Shown: positions 50,382 to 60,008, counted from the stretch's first letter. The stretch is 64,000 nt of DNA from Candidatus Latescibacterota bacterium (GCA_965222075.1 OZ244937.1:4064001-4128000), one strand, 5' to 3'. Made by a program: numbers and translations. Notes: a model not told the origin generated them from the sequence alone.

Positions 50382-51077
50382 TTATTTCTCCGTTAAGGAC
50401 ATAATGTGATCGATGATTTTGTCTGCACGCCGCAAAGATTCGTCAAAATTCTCCTCTAGTAACGCGACGATTTTACTGGTTCCCACCTGGCTCTCTACGT
50501 TCTCAATAGTATAGTGGTCATTGACTCGAACGTAAACGCCGAGACGGCCTTGGCCGATCCGGCTGGATGGTTCCACCGTCACGTTTATTTGTCCTCCCAG
50601 CGGCCTACCGTCCGGATTTACTTGTCTCATAGTAAGAGAAGTCATACCACCATGCTCTCCATCTGGTTCCAGTTTCTGTCCCCAATCTCCCCATGGCTCG
50701 ACAGGTGCCAGCAATCTGCCGAGCCGATCTCGCTCGTCAAAGCTCTGCACGGAAAAGTGTACTTCTCGGTTGATCCCCATTACTTTAAGGGGGATATGAG
50801 GAAGGTTTTCTCGGAAAATTCGGACAGCCAAGTCCCGCAGGCGAACATAGGGGGGCTGAGTCGTGTTGATTTGGAAGGATTCTGGTTGGACATGCAGGTT
50901 GAGCCAATCCGCCTCGAACATCGTAATCTGAGGATGAGCGATTTTCGTATCTGCAGTTTCGACCGTCCTTTCAGGAAGAAGCCCATGCCATCCGAACCAC
51001 GCAGGTGGAAAAATCGCAGGATTGAAATGGCCAAGCATGACGAGCGAAACCTCGGCAATTTCGGGTTCAATTTTCAT
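50382..51077 (-). CDS. Hypothetical protein (first gene of three-gene module)
   Basis: 231 aa; G.FNP.IF.P.W, LPH.P...GIN, VNDH; CAGGAG RBS. Confidence 0.75.
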   Translation of the reverse strand: MKIEPEIAEVSLVMLGHFNPAIFPPAWFGWHGLLPERTVETADTKIAHPQITMFEADWLNLHVQPESFQINTTQPPYVRLRDLAVRIFRENLPHIPLKVMGINREVHFSVQSFDERDRLGRLLAPVEPWGDWGQKLEPDGEHGGMTSLTMRQVNPDGRPLGGQINVTVEPSSRIGQGRLGVYVRVNDHYTIENVESQVGTSKIVALLEENFDESLRRADKIIDHIMSLTEK

Positions 51078-51218
51078 TGCTGGTTTCTCCTGTCGAATAG
51101 TCTATTGGTCTTTGCTTGACGAATTGGACATCTCATGCGTCGTATAGAGGCGGCGGTTATTCCCACATAGAGCCTTCCCCCATGTCTTTGTGCCTTCGTG
51201 TTCGCCTCTGTTTTGTCT

Positions 51219-52700
51219 TCATCGCTCGGCTTCTCGGTCGTCAGGGTTCTCCGAGAGTTTTTTCATCATGAGCCTTATCATTTCGTTAAAGATCTTCTTG
51301 AGCACCTCCAAATTCTGTCCCGTGTACTCTTTATTATAATCGAGATCATAGGAATAAAATTTCCAGACGCAAAGATTCGAGTCTGCTTCATTATCAATGT
51401 AGAGATCAAAATTGGCACTCTGGTCCCCTTGAAAATCCCATAACTCAAAATTGATGCGAGTAGAAATAGAAACCGCGTTTTCAGGCCAGGTGTCACTCTT
51501 CTCTTCTAGCCAAAAAGTAGAAATTTTGTTGTCAGCCTTTCTTACAGAAGAATTACTATCAGAAGAATCAATACAGTGATGGAATAAGGGATACAGCACC
51601 TTGTCCGCATATTCTCTTACTTGAATTGTCTCACCTGTGCCCTTTTGGACAGAACGTTTGAAGAGTGCGATTTCTTTATCTATGTCCTCCACATCTTCAA
51701 TATCCTCTCCACGGGCGGCTTTTAGATGGAGGTTCAGGGCATATTTGCAACACTCGGCAATGTAGGTGATAAACTCAGCCAGGTCTTCGCTCTTGTCGGC
51801 CTGCTCCAGCGAGTCGATGTATCGGTTTCTCTCCTGTATGGGTATGATTGCCACCGTGTAGCCGTGCCTGATCAGGATCATGTTCATCAAAAGCCGCGCC
51901 GTGCGCCCGTTCCCATCGTCAAAAGGATGAATGTGGACGAAGCGATAGTGAAACGTGGCAGCGATGACAATGGGATGCTCGCCCTCGTCCTCTTGTCTTC
52001 TGTACCAGTCTATGAGATCGCTCATCGCTGGTTTTACCTGCTCTGGCGGCGTAAAATAGTATATCTCGCCGGTAGAGGTTCGCACGTTATTTGGCTGTGT
52101 TTTGTAGTCTCCAATAGTAATAAGTCGCTTTGTGGGCTGTCCATCCGGCGTTATGGCGTCGATTTCATAAGGCTCTTTCAACAACACTTTATGGAGATTT
52201 CGGATGAAGATCTCGTTGAGCGATTCGTTTCTTTTTATTGCGTCCTCTATCGCTTTTACCGCCTTATCATGCCCCTCAATGTCCAGATGATCGCGCATCG
52301 GCTTCCCGTGGGCAGTGAGCCCATGGAGGATCAGACTTCTCGTTTCTCCGAGAGTCAGGCTGTTGCCTTCTATGGCATTGGAGTAATAGTTCGACTCGAT
52401 CCTGAGCTTTTGCTCTATCCGACCCACGACGTCAGAAGGCAATGGCCGCAACGCGTCCAGTTCCCGTTTCAGGCGATCGATTTCTTCAATGGTCGTTGAG
52501 CCGGTCGAAGCGTTGATATGGTTCAGAGTCTGTTCCTGCGTTTCTTCGTTCCTTTCCCGCTCTGCGTCTTCTGTGGAACTGGCCGGAGGCGTAGATGGGC
52601 TGAGTGAGCCATCCTGCAGTTCTTCGTTCCTTTCCCGCTCCGTGCCTACCCATCTCTTCCAGAATTTCCAACTTTGTGTTTTTGTGTCTTTGTGTGCCAT
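51219..52700 (-). CDS. Fic domain protein (SoFIC-like architecture)
   Basis: SNAIEGN inhibitory motif and HPFDDGNGRTAR catalytic motif; long C-terminal extension. Confidence 0.92.
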   Translation of the reverse strand: MAHKDTKTQSWKFWKRWVGTERERNEELQDGSLSPSTPPASSTEDAERERNEETQEQTLNHINASTGSTTIEEIDRLKRELDALRPLPSDVVGRIEQKLRIESNYYSNAIEGNSLTLGETRSLILHGLTAHGKPMRDHLDIEGHDKAVKAIEDAIKRNESLNEIFIRNLHKVLLKEPYEIDAITPDGQPTKRLITIGDYKTQPNNVRTSTGEIYYFTPPEQVKPAMSDLIDWYRRQEDEGEHPIVIAATFHYRFVHIHPFDDGNGRTARLLMNMILIRHGYTVAIIPIQERNRYIDSLEQADKSEDLAEFITYIAECCKYALNLHLKAARGEDIEDVEDIDKEIALFKRSVQKGTGETIQVREYADKVLYPLFHHCIDSSDSNSSVRKADNKISTFWLEEKSDTWPENAVSISTRINFELWDFQGDQSANFDLYIDNEADSNLCVWKFYSYDLDYNKEYTGQNLEVLKKIFNEMIRLMMKKLSENPDDREAER

Positions 52701-55700
52701 TTATTTCCCCGTTTCCGCGAACATTCGTCGCTTAAACACCGGCTCCAGTGCCCTGGCCTCGCGGATGAACGAATCGCCGTTGACATAGACCTCATCCACG
52801 CCTTCGGTTAATTGCTGCTCGGCCACGAAGTCCTTGTCTCGCTCGAAGTCTGGCTTCTGCCAGCCCTCGGTTTCTCGCCAGATAACCCCCACCCTGCGCC
52901 CTTCGCGCGTTTGGCCGCGATAGACCAGGTATCGCCGACCTTCGTCGTAATACACGCGCCGCGTCTCGACGCGCAGGCCGAGCAGGTAGTTGAACGTCTC
53001 CGGGATGTCGGCGATCTGCTTCCGCGTCTGGCCGTCGGCGTGAATATGCAGCGTATAGCGGAATGGCTGCGATAGCTTCTTCACGTTGAGCAACGTCTCG
53101 CTGCGCCTGGTTTCCCATTGGAGCATGTACTTGAGCAGGTAGTCGTCAAATTGCAACGCTTGCTGGGCAGAAGCCTCGTCGAAGTCGATGTTGTTCAGGG
53201 CGTCCTCGTAGGATTCCAAGCGCATATATTTGACAATACGGGGACTGCGCCTGGCTTCTTCCGGCGTTGCCATGCACCTGGGCTTGCCGTCTTTCCATTC
53301 GGGCGTGAATGTGATCTTTTTGATACGCGGCAGGAGCACGGTGTCGAAGTAATCTCCCATCTCCACCAGAATGAACTTGCGCTGCCCGCCATCCTCACGG
53401 TTGAGGTTGATGACCGCGTGGCCGGTGGTGCCGGAGCCTGCAAAATAATCAACACAATAGTCGCCATCGTACAACTGACAAACCCGTAGGCAATCTGCAA
53501 CTGTGTAAACTGACTTAGGAAAGGAAAAAGCATTGGACGAACCCAAGATGTGGGCAAGTAGATTCGTACCGTAGTCGGTTGCGGAGTATTTCTTATCGAT
53601 CCATAAAGTTGACGGTAAAGTGCCCTGCTTCAGGCGTGACTTCATATAAATGCCTAACTTTCCCATTCTATCCGGTCTCGCGGTGAGATCGGAAATTTTC
53701 TTAATCGCCGTTTCGTGCCCCCATTTCCAAGTCTTCTCTTCCCCCTTCGCATTTACGGGGTATACAATTACCTCTCCCTTGACTGGTTCGGAGAAAGATT
53801 CCCATTTCCCTTCACTACTGTTCCAGACAAAGGATGGAATTCTAACCGTGCCAGAATCACTCGCGTAGATCGGATAGAATAGCCTGGGTCTAGCAAACCG
53901 GTTTGCGTTGTAACCACCGTGCTTTCTGAAATTCACTAACTCGAACTGACTTTTAGCATCCCGTTCTTTGTATCTTGCTATCTGATCTTCCGACTTTGGC
54001 AAACGGCCAACAACCGTAGGGCTGGTATTTGCGACAAATATTGCATATTCGTGAGCGACCGAAAAACCCGTTAGATTCGACCGACCTGCAGGATTGCTAC
54101 GAATAATCGCGGTTCCTAAGACGGCATCCTTTCCAAAGACGCTCGACAGAGCGTCACGTAGACGATGGTATTCAGAATCGTCGATTGCCACACACAACGT
54201 TCCTGGGGAATTCACCAACGTCATAGCGATGACAAGCCGGTCATTCATGAGCGAGAGCCATGATGAGTGCTTATAATCATTCTTGTAAAGGATTTCGGAT
54301 GCAGCGGTATTAAACGGCGGATCTATATACACGCATTTCACGTCATATCGATTCTTCTCAAAGAGAAAATTGAGTGCTTGCCAGTTTTCGCTGTGGATGA
54401 GCAGGCCGTCGGTCATCTCGTCCAAATCGCCAAAACTGCCCAACAGCCGGTCTACGAACCTCTGGTCGAAATGTCTGGTATCGAGCACGAGTGTCGGATG
54501 CGTCTTCAGAAAGGCGACGCGCTTGCCTGTTTTGTTCTTGCCCGAGTTGAACAGGTCGGTTTGATCTTCGTCGATGCCGAACAATTCTGTCCACTCGGCC
54601 CATTGCGGTTCACATCCGGCAATGTCGGGGTAAAAGCTTTCGCCAATGTTGCCAACCGTGATGCAGTATTGCGTGTCAGTGACGAACTTGCGCTTCTCCC
54701 AGAGCATTTTCTGAAAGTTCTCAATCTGATCCAGAAAATCGATGATCCGGCCGCCGACGGAGCGGACCGTCCGCATCATCTGGAACCAGCCCTCAGCACG
54801 ATCCTCGCCGGCCGCTTCCATCTCGTCGAGGCTCAGCACTTCGTTCTTGAGATAGAAATCGAGTTCGCGGGCGAGAAAGCCCTTCAGGTCTTTGTGGATG
54901 AAGAAGTCAGAGGTGTTGCGCCGGGTGTACTGGCGCAGGTGGTGTTCGAGGAGGGTGATTGGCTCGCTATCGCTATTCTGAGATTTTTCAGCCGTCAGTG
55001 CAGCCAATGGGTCTTGCGTTTTTTTCAACTGCTCGGGGATCTCTTTCAGGGCCTGGGTGATGATCTTTTCCTGCTGATTCTTTTTGCCGTAGGTGATTTC
55101 CTCCTGTGCAGTCAGGGGCCGGTACTCAAAGGGGATTTTGAGCCGGCTGGCCTTCTCATCATAGGTGACGGCGCACGGCAGGAAAAACCGCTTGTCACCC
55201 TTGACGTTGTCCTTTTCGACATCAGCCGCCTGAAGTTTGAAATGCACCGCAACCCCGCGTGCCGCAAACGAATAGTCGTGGAAGTGCTCGGCGGTCTTGA
55301 CGTAGTACTGGTCGCTGTTGGCCCAATGGAGGTGGACCTCTTCGCCATTGTAGGGGATGGCGTACCGCTGGTTCCTGGAGTAGCGGCGCTTTGAGATGAA
55401 GTCGCCGTCCTGATAATAGCGGCTAAAGAAGGCGTACAGGTGGTTGAAGATCACGGTTTCGAGGGCATCGCGGCCGCCACCGCCACCGACCTTTTTCTTC
55501 AGGTCCTCGTACTTCTTTCCGATCTCGGACGCCTGGAATTTGACGAGATTGCCGTCGGCATCAATGGCGTCAGTGGCCAGCGTACTTTTTATCTGCTGGG
55601 CGACTTCCTCCAGCTCTTTGGCGGCCTGGTTCTGATCGGCCAACGCGCCGATGTTCAGTTCCTCGGCTATGGCATTTGGCAAGTCCTCCGCGATAAACCG

Positions 55701-55817
55701 CTCGATTACGTCCCGCTTGTGATTCATGATGCGGTAGATGCCGAAGTCCAGGTCGGCGCAGTCGAACTGGAACAATTCGCGCAAAAGGCTCTGAAATTTC
55801 TTCAGCGACTCATTCAT
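52701..55817 (-). CDS. mod: Type III R-M Mod subunit (amino-methyltransferase)
   Basis: DLDFGIYRIMN, YIDPPFNT (motif IV), DYFAGSGTTG (motif I), LESYEDALNN. Confidence 0.92.
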   Translation of the reverse strand: MNESLKKFQSLLRELFQFDCADLDFGIYRIMNHKRDVIERFIAEDLPNAIAEELNIGALADQNQAAKELEEVAQQIKSTLATDAIDADGNLVKFQASEIGKKYEDLKKKVGGGGGRDALETVIFNHLYAFFSRYYQDGDFISKRRYSRNQRYAIPYNGEEVHLHWANSDQYYVKTAEHFHDYSFAARGVAVHFKLQAADVEKDNVKGDKRFFLPCAVTYDEKASRLKIPFEYRPLTAQEEITYGKKNQQEKIITQALKEIPEQLKKTQDPLAALTAEKSQNSDSEPITLLEHHLRQYTRRNTSDFFIHKDLKGFLARELDFYLKNEVLSLDEMEAAGEDRAEGWFQMMRTVRSVGGRIIDFLDQIENFQKMLWEKRKFVTDTQYCITVGNIGESFYPDIAGCEPQWAEWTELFGIDEDQTDLFNSGKNKTGKRVAFLKTHPTLVLDTRHFDQRFVDRLLGSFGDLDEMTDGLLIHSENWQALNFLFEKNRYDVKCVYIDPPFNTAASEILYKNDYKHSSWLSLMNDRLVIAMTLVNSPGTLCVAIDDSEYHRLRDALSSVFGKDAVLGTAIIRSNPAGRSNLTGFSVAHEYAIFVANTSPTVVGRLPKSEDQIARYKERDAKSQFELVNFRKHGGYNANRFARPRLFYPIYASDSGTVRIPSFVWNSSEGKWESFSEPVKGEVIVYPVNAKGEEKTWKWGHETAIKKISDLTARPDRMGKLGIYMKSRLKQGTLPSTLWIDKKYSATDYGTNLLAHILGSSNAFSFPKSVYTVADCLRVCQLYDGDYCVDYFAGSGTTGHAVINLNREDGGQRKFILVEMGDYFDTVLLPRIKKITFTPEWKDGKPRCMATPEEARRSPRIVKYMRLESYEDALNNIDFDEASAQQALQFDDYLLKYMLQWETRRSETLLNVKKLSQPFRYTLHIHADGQTRKQIADIPETFNYLLGLRVETRRVYYDEGRRYLVYRGQTREGRRVGVIWRETEGWQKPDFERDKDFVAEQQLTEGVDEVYVNGDSFIREARALEPVFKRRMFAETGK

Positions 55818-55994
55818 CAGTTGCTATCTCCGGTTCCGTGGAAAGTAACCCGCGGACTCACAAAATTGACTTGGAAGTGGTCCAAATGGGGGGAATCGGG
55901 CTGATATTTGAGGGTTTTGAAGTGGGCTTCCGAATAACGGAAAGTAGGAGGGATAACCGTTGTCAAGGGTATTGCTTCGGTCCGAGGTTCCGGC

Positions 55995-56666
55995 TTAGAA
56001 GCTGCTGCTTAGAAAATAACCTTTCGGTAGATACTCAGGTCCAACTGTTCTTTTGCTCTTGGCCTTTTTCTTGCACGCCCAAGAAAAAGGCCCAAAAAGA
56101 AGGGCGCCTGCCTGCGCGGCGCACCGCGCTGCAGGCAGGCCGCTCAAGCGCCGCGGGGGCTGCTTTTCCGCGAATTGCCCCTGGGGTCGATATGTGCGTT
56201 TGTGTCCTGCGAGCGTTTAGGGATTCACGCGGCGAAGGCGCTGGAGGGAACCGCGCGGAAAAGCCCCTTCCCTCCGCACCGAACGCGCTGGAGGCGAAAC
56301 GCGTGAGAGGGCGTGTACGGATTACAGCACAAGTCTGTCAACGCAACTATTTTCATCATCATGGGTGCTCCAGAGGGCGCATGACAACTGTCTTAAAACC
56401 CCCAGCGGTCTTCGCGCGGCTGCAAAAGCGTCGGCCTGTCTGCCTGCTTGCGCCTGCCTGTGCGTGTCCGCACGCAGACAGGCGTTGCGCGCAGGCAAGC
56501 GTGCTCCGCACAGGCAGGTCGGCGTTGGTCAAACCCACCTGCCTGTGCCGTGCCCGGCACGGCAGACAGGCCCGTATCTTAAGGATATGGGCGGGTCTTC
56601 CCGCCTGGACCGACACCTTTTCGCTCGCGCTTGGGAACTCACCAGGAATTTTGAGATGGCTTCTTA
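55995..56666. mobile_element. Non-autonomous MITE-like mosaic element, copy D (contains five REP hairpins, three nested)
   Basis: Ends TTAGAAGCTGCTGCTTAGAAAA / TTTTGAGATGGCTTCTTA; right end coincides with the TonB receptor stop codon. Confidence 0.78.
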
Positions 56667-59543
56667 GAATTCGGCGGTTAAACCAGTCGTTACCAGGCGG
56701 CCGATTTCCGGGGCCCCGACAAAATCCCGATGTTTTTTGCCGGATAGGTTGGAGGCGTTCAGGACGAGAGAGACGGATCCGTTTGAGATGTTCAGGGGCA
56801 GTTTGTAGTTCAGGTTCACGTCGAAGACCGTGGAAGCTTCTACATCGCCTACGTAAACACCGGAGTTCATGGGGAATCCGTCTCTGTAGCGGAGGCGAGC
56901 TCCCAGCCGGAGGCCAGATTGGGGCACTTTGACGGTTGTGCCCAGGCTGAATTTGTTACGCGGGGCATTGAGTGCGATATCGGCAATGCCGCCCAGGTTT
57001 TTGAACAGGTCCTTGTTGACATGGGAGTAGCTGCCCGTAAAGGACCACCGATTATTGGGATAATAAGCAAAGCTGAGGTCCAGGCCGTAAACATCGACAT
57101 TCCCGAAGTTGCGGTAGGTTAACATCACCGCCGTGGGGTCGGTGACCTGGTCGGGGGTGACGGTGCCGAAAGGGATGAAGGCGGCGCCGTTATTATTTGT
57201 GCCTGCCACAAAAAGACGGGTAAGTTCGTCTACGGGTGTGTTGTTTGCATTGCCACCCTGAGTTGGAGAATCGAGGATTGCGAGCGCGCGCGCCAACAGG
57301 GCTGCAGAGGGGTGTTGCAGGGCCTGTGCAAGCGCGGTGGATAGGGAGGCGGTGAGGGCGGCGGGATCCAAAAAGACGTTTGGCGTTTCCACACGTATAG
57401 GACCTACAAAGTCCCGGGTGCGGGTGCGGTAGACATCGGCAGCGAAGACAAAACGGTTTTGGAAGACACCTTTATACCCCAGTTCAAAGGTTTCGGTGAT
57501 GGTGGGTTTAGTTTTGGCAATATCCCGCACGGAATTTTGCAGGTTTGAAACGGGGTCGAAGCCGGCGGTTTCAGGGTTCAGAACCCTGAGGGTGTTCCGC
57601 AGGCCGGGCAGGGTCTGAGGTACGATATTTTCAAAGGCGCCGGCCAGGGCGTCGGCCTGCTGGGCTGCGATGGAGGGAATCTGTTCGGGGGGGACCTGGG
57701 CCGCGGCGAGTTGTCCGGAAATGATGGCGGTGGCAAGTTCTTTAAGGGAGGGCACAAAAGCATTTAAAACAGCGCCCCGGCTGAGACTCCACATGACGTT
57801 GGTAAACTGAGGATCGTGTAGCGGGATTTGCTGCTCAAGCGACAGGCCGGCAACCGGAGCAAAGGGAGAACGGAAGGTGGGCAGGCCGGCAAGATCCCGG
57901 TTAAAGGTGAATCCGTCCTGAGTTCCCTGGGCGCGGATGTCGAATTTGGGGCTGTATCCCAACACCGGTTGAAAGCTTCGTCCTGTACCGTAGGCATCCC
58001 TGGCTTGTAAGATGTCCAGGAAGTAATTGCTGGTGGAAGGCGTGCCATAAGCCCGGTTGTAGGTCAATCTCAGGGTTTGCAACGGGTCGGGTTTGACAAC
58101 CAGGGCGGCCCGGGGGGAGAAGACCGGGTTTTCGATGTGGTTATGGTGGTCCAGCCGAACGGCCGCAACCAGGTCCAGATGGTCCGTTAGCGCGTTGTCG
58201 TTTTGCAGGTAAACACCCAGTTCGTTGATGGCGTCTCTATCTTCGTTGGCGCCGTTGATGGTGCCTTCGGTATCCGGGCGGGTGAGCAGGCCATCCACGC
58301 CGTAGGTGAGCCGGTGGCGTTCAGCCAGGGTCAGGGTGTGCTGGGCCTGAAGAACGGTGAGGGTGGATTTGTCGACGATGGGGGCGTTGGTGCGTAAGAG
58401 GCGGGTATCGCCCGCGTCGCTGCGGTTATGGAAGACCTGCATGAAAGCGTCTTTGTAAAGAAGGCGTGTCTGGAGGGATATGTACGTCCAGTCCTTTATC
58501 TGGCCTGCACCGATTCCGGTCATTTCGATGTTGTTGATTCGGGTAAAGCTGGTGGAGAAAATGGCGGTCATGTCTTCATTGGGCCGAATATCCAGCCGAA
58601 GTTCCCCGCTGGCGCGGCTTTGGTTGTAATCCCTTGGATTGCTGCCACGCAGGCGGATTTCCTCGGGGTCTTTGTATCTCCAGTCTGTCCCAGCAACGTA
58701 TTGGCCGGAGATTTTGAAGCCGACTTTGTCAGCGCTACCCGCGTGGCGGAAGGAGAATTTACGCAAACTGCGTTCACCTCCAACCGCGGTGACGGAGGTG
58801 CCTTCGGAGCCGAAGGGCGACCGGGTAATAATGTGCATCACGCCGTTTGCGCTGTTGGGGCCGTAGAGGGCGGCGCCGGGACCCAGGACCACTTCGATAC
58901 GTTCGATGTCATGGTTTGTGACGGGGACCAGAGAATGCACGTTGACCCGCAGAGATGGCACACGGGTAATGCGGTTGTCTACCAGCGTGAGCAGGGCGCC
59001 TGAAAAGACGTTGTTGAAGCCGCGCACAACGGTATGGCCCTGGGCCAGGCCGGTCTGGACATTGTCTACGGCGGGCGTTCCGGCGATGTATTCCGCTGCG
59101 CTCAATCCGAGGTGATCCTTTGCTTCTTCGGATTCAACAACGGTGACCGAGGCGGGGGCGTCCAGAATTTTTTCTTTTCGGCGGGAAGCGGAGACAATTA
59201 TCTGGTCTCCGTAGAACACCTCGACGGTTAAGGTGAAGTTGAGTTCAATAACGCTGTCGGCCACAATTTCGATGTTCCTTCTCGTAGCTGTTTGATATCC
59301 GACAAAGGAGACGGCAACTTCATAAATACCATGGGTTAGATTTTTGACCTCATACATGCCATCTTTATCGGTTATAACGCCAACAGGATCGGTTAGCACG
59401 GGGCTTTGGAGGATGATGTTAGCGCCGGAGAGGGGCTCACCCCGGTCATCGGAGACCTGTCCCTGTAAGGCACCTCTGCCCTGGGCAAATACAGGCGTGG
59501 TAAAGCATAACAGCAGGACCAGGGCCGTTTTAGCGGATGTCAT
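56664..59543 (-). CDS. TonB-dependent receptor with N-terminal carboxypeptidase-regulatory-like domain
   Basis: Signal peptide, SFVGY, plug motif IERIEVVLGPGAALYG, C-terminal Phe. Confidence 0.93.
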   Translation of the reverse strand: MTSAKTALVLLLCFTTPVFAQGRGALQGQVSDDRGEPLSGANIILQSPVLTDPVGVITDKDGMYEVKNLTHGIYEVAVSFVGYQTATRRNIEIVADSVIELNFTLTVEVFYGDQIIVSASRRKEKILDAPASVTVVESEEAKDHLGLSAAEYIAGTPAVDNVQTGLAQGHTVVRGFNNVFSGALLTLVDNRITRVPSLRVNVHSLVPVTNHDIERIEVVLGPGAALYGPNSANGVMHIITRSPFGSEGTSVTAVGGERSLRKFSFRHAGSADKVGFKISGQYVAGTDWRYKDPEEIRLRGSNPRDYNQSRASGELRLDIRPNEDMTAIFSTSFTRINNIEMTGIGAGQIKDWTYISLQTRLLYKDAFMQVFHNRSDAGDTRLLRTNAPIVDKSTLTVLQAQHTLTLAERHRLTYGVDGLLTRPDTEGTINGANEDRDAINELGVYLQNDNALTDHLDLVAAVRLDHHNHIENPVFSPRAALVVKPDPLQTLRLTYNRAYGTPSTSNYFLDILQARDAYGTGRSFQPVLGYSPKFDIRAQGTQDGFTFNRDLAGLPTFRSPFAPVAGLSLEQQIPLHDPQFTNVMWSLSRGAVLNAFVPSLKELATAIISGQLAAAQVPPEQIPSIAAQQADALAGAFENIVPQTLPGLRNTLRVLNPETAGFDPVSNLQNSVRDIAKTKPTITETFELGYKGVFQNRFVFAADVYRTRTRDFVGPIRVETPNVFLDPAALTASLSTALAQALQHPSAALLARALAILDSPTQGGNANNTPVDELTRLFVAGTNNNGAAFIPFGTVTPDQVTDPTAVMLTYRNFGNVDVYGLDLSFAYYPNNRWSFTGSYSHVNKDLFKNLGGIADIALNAPRNKFSLGTTVKVPQSGLRLGARLRYRDGFPMNSGVYVGDVEASTVFDVNLNYKLPLNISNGSVSLVLNASNLSGKKHRDFVGAPEIGRLVTTGLTAEF

Positions 59544-60008
59544 AAGCACATTCCTCCCTCGCGGTTGATTTCGGCGTTTCGGAAGTCAGTTCCGAGGACA
59601 GAAAATTCGCAAGACTTTTTCTGGTTTTAAAACACACCGGGACTACCTTCGGCAAGCTCGGGACGGGCTTCTCCGGCTTGCGGGTGGTCGTTGGTTGGTA
59701 CAATATAATATATGAAATTTTATTTTTATATGAAAATTTTTTATAGGTTGGGAAGTTTACCGGAGGGAGGTCCGATGAGAGAGGTGACAGGGGGGGGAAC
59801 TGGAACATCGCCAAATTCACCACCTCCCACCCTCCTGAAGATCTCCGGACCAGCGCGCCAAAACCCTTGACGCTGCGCTGAAAAACCATCATTTTTTTCT
59901 TGTCAGACAGCATATTATACGGTAGTTTTATGAATAGAACTTGTGGCTATGTACTTAACCGGGCAACCTCTGCCTGCCGACTTTCCCCTTTTTACCTGGA
60001 GACCTTCC

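Noticed and set aside
29222-56932. ORFs spanning the MITE copies (e.g. 29008-29574, 33533-33946, 33590-33985, 44514-44921, 55838-56932) as transposases
   Set aside because: Frames differ between copies, indels are not in multiples of three, and no DDE or HUH motif is present; these are repeat-derived shadow ORFs.
59550-59940. Cobalamin riboswitch upstream of the TonB receptor
   Set aside because: B12-box core motifs were not found in order; the structured bit at 59647 (CTTCGGCAAGCTCGGGACGGG) looks like a REP-type remnant. An Infernal scan would settle it.
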